From assembly GCA_030295235.1 (NCBI GenBank), contig AP026151.1:496001-560000 (forward strand): a DNA stretch of 64,000 bases. The letters run 5' to 3'. Made by a program: the position numbers and the translations under genes. Origin of the DNA: Fistulifera solaris. Taxonomy: Eukaryota. Below, in pieces: positions 1 to 11,563 of the stretch. The notes under the pieces are model-generated. The model was not told where the DNA came from. It made no database searches and saw only the letters and a list, made by a program, of their open reading frames with translations. Each line of letters begins with the position of its first letter. Positions within the stretch are counted from its first letter, which is position 1.

Positions 1-905
1 ACGTTAACTTCCGACGATCGGAAGCTACATGCGCCAGCATTTGTGAGACTTTTACATCAGTATCCGCAGATCGCACAAGTGCGGTATCACGTGTCATTGG
101 TAGACCAACAGGAAGATGGGGAAAATTCTCAGAGCTACAGCAAAGGTAAAAGGATTTCAACGTACCCTGCTACCCATTATCAATATTCAGTGCCACTGGT
201 CATCTTCAAGGCGTTAAATCCTTTTATGAAGCGTATCCAGAAGCCATCGGCTTTATTGACAAAGGGCTAGGAACAGCTTTGCATTATGCATGCTATTGCA
301 GTGGAAGCGTCTCGGTTGTTCAGTTCTTACTCGATCGATTTCCCGACGCTGCAAGAATTACGAATCGGCAGTATCAATCGCCATTGCACATGGCTTGTTC
401 TGCAAGTTCTTCAAGTTCAGTTCAAAATAGAATAGGAAGCTCACAGCTTCAAATCGTTGAGCTTCTTTTGGAATGTTTTCCTGCTGCAGTGCGGCTGCTT
501 GACGAAAATGGATGCACCCCCTTTCACATGGCTTGTCAAGCTGGAGCACCTGTAGAAGTTCTTGCAGCACTTGTACGTTCGAGTGCCGAAGTCATTCAAA
601 TGGCGACCCGAACTCTCGAAAAGCCGCTTCACGTCGCAGCCGCCTGCAACAAATGCATTACCACCATTCAATATTTGTTAAACTTGGATCCTTCGCAAGC
701 GGCGGCAATTGATGACAAGATGCAAACGCCGCTGCACAAGGCGTGCACGGCGCAGCCCATATCACCAAAAATCGTTCGCACTCTTGTCAACGCTTACCCT
801 AACGCATTGACTATGAGAGATGATAACATAGAGACGCCGTACGATATCGCACTTCGGTTAGGACACGCATCACCTGACCTTCTCCGCGTTCTCAGCACCG
901 AATGA
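1..905 (+). CDS. Ankyrin-repeat protein, 5' end outside window, frameshifted near 150-230
   Basis: Repeated ankyrin motifs TALHYAC, SPLHMAC, TPFHMAC, KPLHVAA, TPLHKAC, TPYDIA; the 279..905 frame extends upstream as AYPEAIGFIDKGLGTALHYAC. Confidence 0.85.
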
Positions 906-1080
906 CCCGTACTGCTGGATAAAGTTAAGAAGAAGGAAATAAAACAGGGATAACGAAGCGACTTGTCTACAAACTACAAGCGGTTCCGCTAAACAATTTG
1001 CAAGCCTTAAACATTTTTTTTGTTATACCTAACTTATTGTAGTAGTTTGCTCTCCATTTGATCACGAACTCCTCTCTTGA

Positions 1081-1962
1081 TTAAAAGATGACTCCCACAC
1101 CTTCTACTGTGTGAAATTTCTTTTGCAAAATCGAGCAATACGTCGGCCAAATATTCTTTTCCAGCACTTGCGCATTCGTCAAGACGGGTTCGACTTTGAC
1201 GGGAATATCGTCTTGCACCTTCAAGACCCCCGCCAAGGGCGTCTGGTCCGTCGGTGGTGTCGTGACAAAGGAATCGAGATTCTGCGATGGCACAACCATA
1301 TGACGCAAGGGAAACCAACCGTACTTGTCATCTTGATCAAAACCGGTGTGTACGGCGAGGCGCAAATGGGGAAACCGGGGTGTCACAAAGGGTTCGCCTG
1401 TGGAAGTATCAAAGATACGAAGTTCTGGAATGACGTTATGGACCAAATTGACGTAATTGACGTCGTTGGTGGCTTCGGGCGTAATCAAAATGTTGGCTTT
1501 GGTCAATTCCAAAGCGGCCTTCAAGGCTTGTTGAGCTTTGGAAGGGTCCTTTTGGCGACCAAAGGATCGAGCGTGTACAATACCAAGCCCGATTTGGAGC
1601 ACGCGAATTGTAGAACCATCTGTCGAGAGAAAAAAATTAAGGGTGTGAGAGGAGATTTCTCTGTAAGAATTATTGCAACTCAACTCAAACTCAACTTGTT
1701 CGGAAAAGTGTTGCGGCATCCACGAAAGTACGACATCACCAGCCGTAAAACCCATTTCCAAGAAACCGATGGCCAATGACTCGGAATAATACTGCACATG
1801 ACGTGTCGTCCAAGTAATGTTCTTGTGTTCGTAACGCACGACATCAAGATTGGGATTCGCCGACGCGAGGGCATCGACTTGACTGCCGCCGGCCGCCGCA
1901 AACGTTCGTATCGCAACGCTTCGTCGTGCCCGTAGAGCATTTGCCGCAATCGATCGAAGCAT
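1081..1962 (-). CDS. Probable mitochondrial protein resembling the N-terminal part of AMP-binding (acyl-CoA synthetase) enzymes; intron ~1620-1696 and one frameshift ~1552
   Basis: Arg/Ala-rich presequence MLRSIAANALRARRSVAIRTF; after splicing, WT..LAIGFLEMGFTAGDVVLSWMP..MVLQFACSKSGLVLYTLDP and PRFPHLR resemble ACSF2-type sequences. Confidence 0.6.
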   Translation of the reverse strand: MLRSIAANALRARRSVAIRTFAAAGGSQVDALASANPNLDVVRYEHKNITWTTRHVQYYSESLAIGFLEMGFTAGDVVLSWMPQHFSEQVEFELSCNNSYREISSHTLNFFLSTDGSTIRVLQIGLGIVHARSFGRQKDPSKAQQALKAALELTKANILITPEATNDVNYVNLVHNVIPELRIFDTSTGEPFVTPRFPHLRLAVHTGFDQDDKYGWFPLRHMVVPSQNLDSFVTTPPTDQTPLAGVLKVQDDIPVKVEPVLTNAQVLEKNIWPTYCSILQKKFHTVEGVGVIF

Positions 1963-2294
1963 ATTGAGAGAAAAAAGGGATGAAACGTAATCAATTCGAC
2001 GAAATGAGAATGAGTTGATGCTTTTGTTGCTGTTATTTGCAAATAAATAAAGCGCAACAAAAAACAAAAACGTCGGCACCTAACGGACGGAGGACATACC
2101 TCATACTTGGAGGACTCAAAGTTTCATTGATTCCCGAATATGACGTGGCCTTTTAGGTTATGAGTTCATCACTTCCACCCAACCAACTTTTTTTCTCGTT
2201 CGACAGAAAAACGAGCATTTCGTCGTTATTGTTGTTCTGTTCATCCTGTGAGAGACATAGCACCCAAAGAATTTATTTCATAGAATATTCAAGC

Positions 2295-3945
2295 ATGGGA
2301 AAGAAAGAGAAAAGCAAAGCCTGTCCGATTCTTCGCAACAACCGCCAGAGGTTGTCGAAGAAACGCGAAAACGATCGGCTTCCGTCGACGAAGAACAAAA
2401 ACGAACAAGAAAAAGAGCAAACGGCAGTCCGAGAGTTCCGAATCATCAAATGCCGACGAAAAGCCCAATTTCTTTTCGAAAGAGCTCTTTTCCGAGTTGC
2501 CATTATGTGAAAAGACACAAAAGGCTTTGCAGGAAATGAAGATGGAACGGATGACGCAAATTCAATCACGAGCGATTCCGGCCTTATTGACCGGTAAAGA
2601 TGTTATTGGGGCGGCCAAGACCGGTAGCGGTAAAACGCTGGCCTTTTGTTGCCGTCCTTGGAATTGTTGCATCAGGCCAAATTTTCCTCAAAAAATGGGA
2701 CGGGTGTCGTCGTGATTACGCCCACGCGCGAATTGGCGATGCAAATTTACGGTGTCTTGCAAGAATTGTGTCAATATCATAGTCATACTTATGGCTTGAT
2801 TATGGGTGGAGCGAATCGCAAAACGGAGGCGGAGAAATTACAGAAAGGTGTCAATTTGATCGTTTGCACACCGGGTCGACTTTTGGATCACTTGCAAAAT
2901 ACGAAAGGCTTCAATTATCGAAACTTGTTGGCGTTGGTCATGGATGAAGCCGATCGAATTCTAGAACAAGGATTTGAGGATGATTTGCGAGCTATTTTGA
3001 AGCTACTGCCCAAGGAACGACAAACGATGTTGTTCTCGGCGACACAAACCAAGAAGGTAGAGGATTTGGCGCGTTTGTCTGTGAATTTTGAAAATTCCAT
3101 CTTTGTGGATGTCCCCAATGAAACGAAACTGGCGACTGCGGCGGGTTTGGAACAAGGATTTGTTACCTGTCCCTCGGATCAACGGTTTCTGTTGCTTTTA
3201 ACCTTTCTCAAAAAGAACAAGAAAAAGAAGATTATGGTTTTCTTTTCGTCTTGTAACTCTGTCAAGTTCCACGGAGAGCTGCTCAACTATATCGATGTAC
3301 CCGTCATGGATATCCATGGTCGACAAAAGCAAGTCAAGCGCACAACAACCTTTTTTCAATTCTGTAAGGCCAAAACGGGCACCTTGTTGTGCACCGATGT
3401 CGCCGCCCGTGGTTTGGATATTCCCGAGGTAGACTGGATCATTCAATTTGATCCGCCGGATGATCCGAAAGAATACATACACCGCGTGGGTCGAACGGCT
3501 CGAGGCGCCACCGGCTCGGGACGCGCCTTGTTGTTTTTGACTCCCGAGGAAACTGGATTTCTCAAGTACTTGCAAGCGGCCAAGGTGTCATTGAACGAAT
3601 ACGAGTTGCCCAAAACAGCCAACGTTCAGTCGCAATTACAACGTTTGATTGAAACCAACTATTATTTGAATCGGGCCGCGCGTGATGCGTACCGCAGCTA
3701 TTTGCTGGCGTATGCGAGTCACTCGCACCGCGATATCTTCAACGTGCACGCATTGGACTTGCAGGCGGTGGGCACCGCCTTTGGTTTCACGACACCACCG
3801 CGCGTGGATGTGGCGTTCGGGAAAGAATCAAAACGTAAAAAAAGTGGTCAGTGGGAAAAAGGCAACGGGTACGGGACACGCTTTCTCGGCTTCCAATCCG
3901 TACGGAAAACGGAGCAAGGATGATAAGCGGCAATTCTCTCATTAG
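2295..3945 (+). CDS. HAS1: DEAD-box RNA helicase HAS1/DDX18 (several apparent frameshifts)
   Basis: [44 protein letters not shown], and a family-type C-terminus [10 protein letters not shown]...KRQF. Confidence 0.93.
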
Positions 3946-4069
3946 TCTACACAATAGTATTAGTAAAATAGCGACGGTTTTACCAGGAAATCAAACAATA
4001 CAAACGTAGTTTACTTGAACTTATTCTACACAGAAACACCTTTTCACCTTCATTGTTCTCTTATTGTGT

Positions 4070-4873
4070 TCACGCACGATGCCATTTTGCACGGACGTTG
4101 CGAATCATTCTCGTGACAAAGGAAGTGATGATTCCCGGACGACGACGAGGAGGAGGAGACACCGGACGCGTGTAGTAGACGGGTGTGAATACGACCCCAG
4201 CCGGCGCATCCTTCTCCGTGACCGGCTCGACGTGACGCTCCAAGTGATCCGCCATATCTCGAATGATGCTCACCAATTTTTGCGTCCAGCGAATTTTGAC
4301 TTGTTGGGCTTGCGGACGAATGGCTTCCAAGGCGGCTTGTACCGATTGTAAGGCGTAGGTTCCTGTGCGAGACGCACTCTTTTCAATCAGATTCTCCAAA
4401 CGCTCCATTTCATCAAAGACGGCTCGTTCCATCGTTTCGAGTGAGTGTACTGCAGGAAGTTGCGGAAGCGACCATTTCGAGAAAGGTTCTGCCACAGTTG
4501 TCTTCCAGAATTGCAACGAACGCTCTCCCGTCGTTTGTGCACTTTGTTCGATCTGCAATTCGAGCTGCTGCATCGCCGAAAAGACCGTTTGCTCCCATTT
4601 TTCCGCACGGCTTTGGCTATTATCAGAGAAATCAATCTCCTTTTTCGGAACCTCCTGCAACGACAATTCACTCAATTCCAATTTGGCTTGCTGCAACATG
4701 GCCATGGCGGACACCATCCCGTCTTCTTCCTCCTTACGGAATCGACGAGGAATCCAGCCTTGCTGATCCAAAGCTGCGGAAGAATGAATACCGGTAGGCG
4801 CAAAGCGTTGCATCTGCGGAAGCAAGCCTTCCGCGACGATGAAAGAGAAAGAAACGCTCAAAGCAATCTTCAT
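4070..4873 (-). CDS. Hypothetical protein with N-terminal signal peptide and a short internal repeat
   Basis: 267-aa ORF with hydrophobic N-terminus; EQTVFSAMQQLELQIEQSAQTTG and ERAVFDEMERLENLIEKSASRTG form a duplicated segment. Confidence 0.6.
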   Translation of the reverse strand: MKIALSVSFSFIVAEGLLPQMQRFAPTGIHSSAALDQQGWIPRRFRKEEEDGMVSAMAMLQQAKLELSELSLQEVPKKEIDFSDNSQSRAEKWEQTVFSAMQQLELQIEQSAQTTGERSLQFWKTTVAEPFSKWSLPQLPAVHSLETMERAVFDEMERLENLIEKSASRTGTYALQSVQAALEAIRPQAQQVKIRWTQKLVSIIRDMADHLERHVEPVTEKDAPAGVVFTPVYYTRPVSPPPRRRPGIITSFVTRMIRNVRAKWHRA

Positions 4874-5289
4874 TCTGAAAGCGTCAAGTGGGTAAAAAGA
4901 AATTTCTAGCTGAATGATAAATGAGGGAAGTGTTGAGGAAACGAACGCTTTACGCCGCCGTTTGTTATGAAGAGTTCGGTGGGTGGAGGACGAGCACGCG
5001 AGCGCCGCATGACAAGTGTACTTCCATCATCAGCTATTTAAGCGAAAAAACTTAAAATAATAGTCCGTTGCAGCATTGTATGACGGAACGAAGTGACACG
5101 TTCGCCGTTGAAGGTAAATGGATACAAAAACTGTACTCGTGTCAAAATGCTTCACTAGGGTGATCCGTTGCACCCCGTCTCTAATTCCAGTTGAGCCTCC
5201 ATCATAGACTAGTCTAGTCTAAACAAATGAAGTTCCATGTCAGTTTATTTCCTTCTTTTTTATCAATAAAAATTCATTCGATGATTTAT

Positions 5290-7664
5290 TCAATAGCCTA
5301 CAGTATGGAGGCATTCCATAAAGACATTGACGTCCACCCGTGCTTTCGGATTGCCCTGTTTGGCCATTTCCGCCACCATCAACAACTGCTTGATACCGAT
5401 CGGTTTCGCAATCGCCTTGGCGATGCTTTTTGATTCCTTTTCACCCATATGAGCCGCGACGCGTAAGACTTCCATGATTTGACTGGGTTGATCCAACAAC
5501 GGAACGCTCTGTTGAATGCCAAAGGCCGACGTCAAGCCCAAATCTTCCAACAAGTGCGGGACCGAAGTCGTACCAATGACAAGCAAACGACGTCCGTCAT
5601 CGGGTGGGACTTTCTTCAACAGCACGAGCAAGGTTTGCAACACGGTGTTACTGAAACGTGGTCCGATGGGGACGTATTCAATCAATCGCTCAATGTCGTC
5701 CAAAAAGATAATCGACAAGGAGGACTTGTACGAATCCATAAATGCTTTGTGGATCATTTGCGATTTCGATGTTTCCGAATAACCAATCATTTCATCGGCC
5801 GATACCATGCGGACAAAGGGAAAACCCGAGTCGACGGCGATTTTGGCCGCAATGGCGGTCTTGCCCGTATTCGCATGACCGGCCAGCAATACGGTCATGA
5901 GGGGGGTCTTGGAGGATGTGCGCACTTGATTGACGAGACGTTCCAATGTACCCATAAACAAATCGAACGAGTCACCGTACGGAACAAAGCCGTTGCGATA
6001 GCATGCCTTGAGTTCCTGCGACTTTGCACCAAATTTGGGTTCGACATCTCCCAAGGCGCGTTCAAAGTCTTCGTACTGCAAAATTAACTTTTTCGTATCG
6101 GGTGCCTTCTTCAAATCCTTCACATCGACACAACGAGTGAGTGCGTATGACGACGCCGCCTTGACGAGACCTTCAATTTCGGCACCGGAAAAGTTCTTGC
6201 ACTTCTCGGCAATTTCCGGGAGTCGGTCCAAAACTTCGGGCGTAATGCGCTTGGCTTCTCGCATGTTGCGCGTGTGAATGCCGAGAATTTGCAAGCGTCC
6301 CTGCAGATCGGGCAAACCAATCTCTACGTGGACTTCCAAACGACCGGGTCGGAGCAACGCATCATCAATCATATCCTTTCGATTGGTCATACCAATCAAG
6401 AGAATGTTGTTGAGGGAATCGACACCATCAATTTTGGACAGCAACTGATTCACAACAGAATCCGAGACACCGGTTCCATCTTTGACCGTACCACGTTGCT
6501 TGCAAATAGCATCCATTTCGTCCATAATGATAATATGCAACATACTTTGGTCTCCCATTTCGTTCTGTTCTTTTTCTGCCTCTACAAAAAGTTCTCTGAT
6601 CTTTTCTTCACTGCCGCCCACAAACTTATTGAGAACTTCGGGACCGTTCACTGCAGGAAAGGCGAAATGTGAATGAAAATGAAATGAATACATGAGTGTG
6701 TAAGTTGAATGTCAACAAGGAACACTGAATTCCATTCTCTCCACTTACCAATTTTGGGTTCACGCGCATTGAGCGCTTTCCCAATTTGTCGCGCAATCAA
6801 TGTTTTCCCACATCCCGGTGGTCCATAGAGCAACATGCCTCGGACATGATTGATTCCCATCTGCTTGATGATATGCGCGGGCCAAATCCGACTCGCAAAG
6901 GCCCGTCGAAAGATTTGATTGAATTCGGCATCGAGTCCCCCAATACCCAATTTTTCGAAATCAAAATCGTTGACAAAGATTGAATTGGCTCCACCACCCG
7001 CGCCTTCAACAATGAATTCACCCGTCAACACAAACGCGGTCGTGCCTTCGGCTCGTTTGAATCGAATTTGAGTCGATGACACCAACTGTCCCATATTCGT
7101 ATCCAACGTGGGAATTTCTCCACTTCCTTCTTTGCTTTTCCGACGTTGTTTCGGATCAATGGCGGCCAATTTGTGGACGGTAATTTCCAGTTTCGTTCCT
7201 TCAAAATCAATTGCCATGGACTGTCCGACCGCCAGCACTTGTTCTTCGAGGACCAACAAGACGGTTTGGGCCAATCGTTCGGTATCCAAATCGTGCGGAC
7301 GCGATCCTTTGGCGGCCGCCGCTTTGCTCAAAGTATCGACCGTCATTTCCAACAAAGCCAAGGCGGCGACCGGTCGAGGGAGTGGCGTTAAGGTGACGGC
7401 AGCCGCTAATGACAATTTGGCAAAGCGTCGTTGTAAACCATTGAGCGCGACTTGTTCGTCCGTAATGCCCGAATTGGCTTCGACGGCGTACGGATGTCCA
7501 TTCAATGTGATCAAATGGGCTGTTCCTCCGCAAACAGGTTCCACTTGGTGCTGTGCAAAGAATTGTTGCATTTGTGTCATGTTATCGGGACTGATGTATA
7601 TTTTATTTGTCAAAGCCAACCGGTTGGACGGTAAATTGGCAACTTGGAGTTTTAATTTGAACAT
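5290..7664 (-). CDS. NSF: Vesicle-fusing ATPase NSF/Sec18; intron 6651-6748
   Basis: [44 protein letters not shown] across a GTAAGT..CAG intron, RPGRLEV, and second AAA domain GHANTGKT / IGPRFSN. Confidence 0.97.
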
Positions 7665-8184
7665 TGTTGGCTAAGAGAATGCGTACTTGAAGAGTAATGA
7701 AGGCGTCAAAGGAGTTTCAAGAGTTTTGCGGATGAAAGGGATGGTATTATCGTTCGTTGTTACAAAAATCAAAGTAGACTCAATCACATCGCAACGGATC
7801 CTAAAAATAAACGGAGGAAGCGACGACGAATAAAAGGAAAACGGTCGCAAAAGTCGCACACGAGCGGCACAAAAGGATGACCTCTTTATGACCGACACTC
7901 CGTAAGTACACTTTTACATACAGTCAGCCTCCCTTTTGCAACGCACGAGTCAACACATCGGACGACGGTGGGACGTTTCAGCCCCAAAGGTGCGTGCGCG
8001 CGCGCCCGATCGACTGCTCCGGAGTAACTGACAGACGGACGCGCCATCTTTTCTTTCTCTTTCGCATCTCTCATCTCGCGCGCACCCCGCCATTCTCTTT
8101 TGCCCGATTTCTTCTTTTTCTTGTTGATCGTCGTGGCACATCTTTCTTCATCATATTACCAGGTACCATTCCTAGATAGGAATC

Positions 8185-10967
8185 ATGACAGTCACAACAC
8201 CTCTTACTGGAGGACGTGCTCGATCATCTTCGGTCGGAACCGATTCATTCAAAATATCCCCTTCCTATTCTCCGTTGCGACCCGAACAACTGCCTCATCA
8301 CCACTCCTCGTATGGAGCCACCACCGCGCCCTTGTTGCCACTCCCGCAAGAAGAACCGGTACAGCCACTTCGATTCTATCGCATTTTGCAATATTTCGTA
8401 TACGCGACCATCAACGTCGTGATTGGTGTACCGGGATTGTACGGATACGCTTCCGTCATCTTTCATCATCCCGTCTTTCAACCGCACATGAATGCGTTGA
8501 GTAAATTGGTGCTATTGAGTAGCTTCTTACATCAATTGGCGTTTACTTTATGTTCAAGTTTACCGTTTGCGATTGGCATGGTGCAGGATGCCGGTTTGAT
8601 CTTTTGAGTTCCATGAGTACGTCTGTGGCGGAACAATTGACCGAGTATTATTCTGCGGAACAAGATCATCATCTGAGAGAACGCGCCATTCTCAGTACAA
8701 CCATTGTACTGTTATCGGGAGGTACCGCGTGTTTGGGATTGGTCCTCGTCATTATGGGCAAATTCAAATTGGCGAATGCGGTCGCCTATTTGCCCATGCC
8801 CGTTGTTGGAGGATATCTGGCGTTCATTGGTTATTTTTGTTTTCAAGCCGGTGTCGCCCTCTGTATCAGTCAACCCATGACGCGCGTCGAAGATTGGGCT
8901 TTGTTATTGCAATGGCCTCTCCTCAAATTGGCGTTACCGGGATTGGCCGCGGCGGTGGTCTTTACGTGGATTGCGCGCAATCCGAAGTATGATGCGTGGT
9001 TGCCCTTGGCTATGATGGCCGTTCCGGCGGCCTTTTATATCGTCGTGTGTGGCATTACGCGAGTTGGTTTGGACGGTGCTCGAGAACAAGGCTGGGTCGG
9101 ACCCGAATCACCCAGTGTGCCGGTATCGGAACTCTTTCATTTGGTCGATTGGTCACTGGTGCATTGGTCTTGTGTCGCGGATCTCTTATTGACTTGGGTT
9201 GGAATGGTCTTTGTGGTGTCTTTTGCGTCGTGTCTCGATGTTGCGGCCATTGCGATGGATATGGGAGAAGCACTGGATACGAACAAGGAGTTGGTCACCG
9301 TCGGGATCGGGAATGTATTGTCGGGGCTTGGATTTGGATTCACGGGGTCGTACATTTTTTCGCAAACAATTTTTACGTATCGCACCAATGTTCATTCCCG
9401 TTGGATTGGTGTCCTCGTCATGGTGGCCTATTTGTACATTATCACATCACCCGTCAATCTTCTACAAGTGTCTCCTCTCTTCTTCTTGGGTTCGACGCTG
9501 ATTTTCATTGGTTATGACTTGTTGTACGAGTGGCTTTTATTGATTCGACACAAGATTTTCCGCTCGGAGTATTTGATTGTGTGGGCCACTTTCTTGGCCA
9601 TTCAAGTGGTGGGAATGGATGCGGGGATCGTTTTGGGTATTTTGGTGAGCTTGGTCGATCATGTTGTGACTTCGGCAAAGCTGGTGCAAGTGACTCGCGT
9701 TTCCAAAAAATCACGTGCCGTGTGGTCGCCCCTCGAATCCAAAATATTGAATGAGCAAGCTTATCATTCCCAATCACCCAAAGTGATCGTTCTTGAAATT
9801 AGTGGCACTGTTTTCTTTGGAAGTTCCTTGCAGTTATTTCAACGAATGTTGGAAGAAACTCATTTGAGTTTCGAGAATGATGATGCGCATCACCATCCGT
9901 TTCATCAACCGGGATGGCAATCACCGCATACCAATTCGACCGCCTTGACACAAATCCGATCCCCCAAATCACCCAACGGACACCACCATAATGGCGCTCC
10001 ACCATCACAACATCGAGTCGTCTTTCGACCTCCGCAGTTCATCGTCTTGGATTTGACCCAGTTATCCGAATTGGATGCGTCGGCGTGTCGTGGTTGCTTT
10101 TTGCAGTTTGTGAGTATCTGCTCCAAACACAACGTGTTAGTGTGTGCGGCCGGACCGTCCCAACGCACGGATTGGATGTTGCGCAGTCACAATGTATGCT
10201 ATTCGACCGTTCCAGAAGAAGAAAAGCTGAAAGCGCAATGTTTACAATCCCACTATGCCACGACACAGCTCAATACGAAAATTGACAAGATGCTCGTCTT
10301 TGTTACGACGCTGGAAGCACTGGAATTTTGTGAAACGACCTTATTGCAACGGGCACATCGCACAACGGTCCTGTCCCCACTGCAACGACGCATACAACAA
10401 GGACAAACATTGACGGTGGCATCAATATTTCAACTCCTGTTGGATGCAACGGAGGAAGAAGAGGAATTGCTGAAATTGTTGGAGAGTGGTCGCTATCATG
10501 ATGAAATTTCTTTTCAAGCGGGTGATGTAGTGTTTGCGAAAGACACTCACGCCGATGCCTTTTATGTGGTTCTTCAAGGAAGTGTGGCGATAGTGTCCAC
10601 GTCCAGCACCCATCGCCGAAAATCCTTTCGGCAACCCTTTCCGGGGACGAATGCTGGTGCCCTGATAACACCGACATCACCCACCACCACGGCGACGACC
10701 CCCCGCCTGGACCCAAAATTAGCGGCTCACGCCACGAGTGTGTGGCCGACCGGAGGCGTCTTTGGATTTGTCGATTTTTGGTTGCAACGCCCTCGGGTCT
10801 TTCAAGTCGTGTGTTGCACCCAATCTCCTACTATATGCGCCAAAATGACGCATTCCCATTGGAATCTGTTGCAACAAGAGAATGAAGCACTCGCGGCTTT
10901 GGTGCAGCGCGTTTTATTAAATGCGAGCGTCGCGGATTTGGCGAATTGTACTTGTAGTGAAACCTAG
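8185..10967 (+). CDS. SulP/SLC26 family anion transporter with STAS and cyclic-nucleotide-binding domains (frameshift ~8602)
   Basis: VQDAGLIF, YLPMPVVGGYLAFIG, GSYIFSQT, many TM segments, STAS motifs VFFGSS and LDAS, cNMP-like region GDVVF..FYVVLQGSV..GGVFG. Confidence 0.88.
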
Positions 10968-11001
10968 TAAAAGAAGGAATATAGAAAAGCCCAAGCATCG
11001 A

Positions 11002-11232
11002 CTAAGATGCGTTATTATCATTACTACTACTACCACCGGGATTATTCGTTTCCGCTTGCTCTTGTATTCGCTGGGAATGAAATTCGCGCAAGGGCTCACT
11101 GAAAATATAATGGCCGGAAACAACCCCCACACCGGCCGCAACGAACAAATGCAACAAACTGCCCGGTCCAGTACGTGTCCGACGAAATCCCGGTCGCATA
11201 CCAATGGCGCGTAAAAAACCTTGCCAGTACAT
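11002..11232 (-). CDS. Single-TM microprotein, PIGBOS1-like
   Basis: 76 aa; LFVAAGVGVVSGHYIFSEPL resembles the PIGBOS1-type G..G.YI..P TM motif, followed by a polar tail. Confidence 0.55.
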   Translation of the reverse strand: MYWQGFLRAIGMRPGFRRTRTGPGSLLHLFVAAGVGVVSGHYIFSEPLREFHSQRIQEQAETNNPGGSSSNDNNAS

Positions 11233-11563
11233 GTTGATACGCAAGATAGTGTAGATTGATTAGCTGTTGTTGAAGAAAAAGAATGATAGGAATGGGAATG
11301 ATGTTCCCTGAAGAACGTTTTATTGCTCATCACATTTTTTGCCATCGGTCGTCGCGTCGTCGCGGCACACCGCGATCGTCAGCCCGTCGATCCGACCTTC
11401 TTTTCGTTACCTGGTACTGTATACACTTCTGCTATTCGAGCTAAGGTTACCAAGTACCGGTACCCGGTACCGTACCCTGTACACTACAAGTATAATGATG
11501 CTAGAGGGAGACTTCCTTCAGAGCTAGTCTATAATAAACCTGAAACATAGAATAAATCACATT

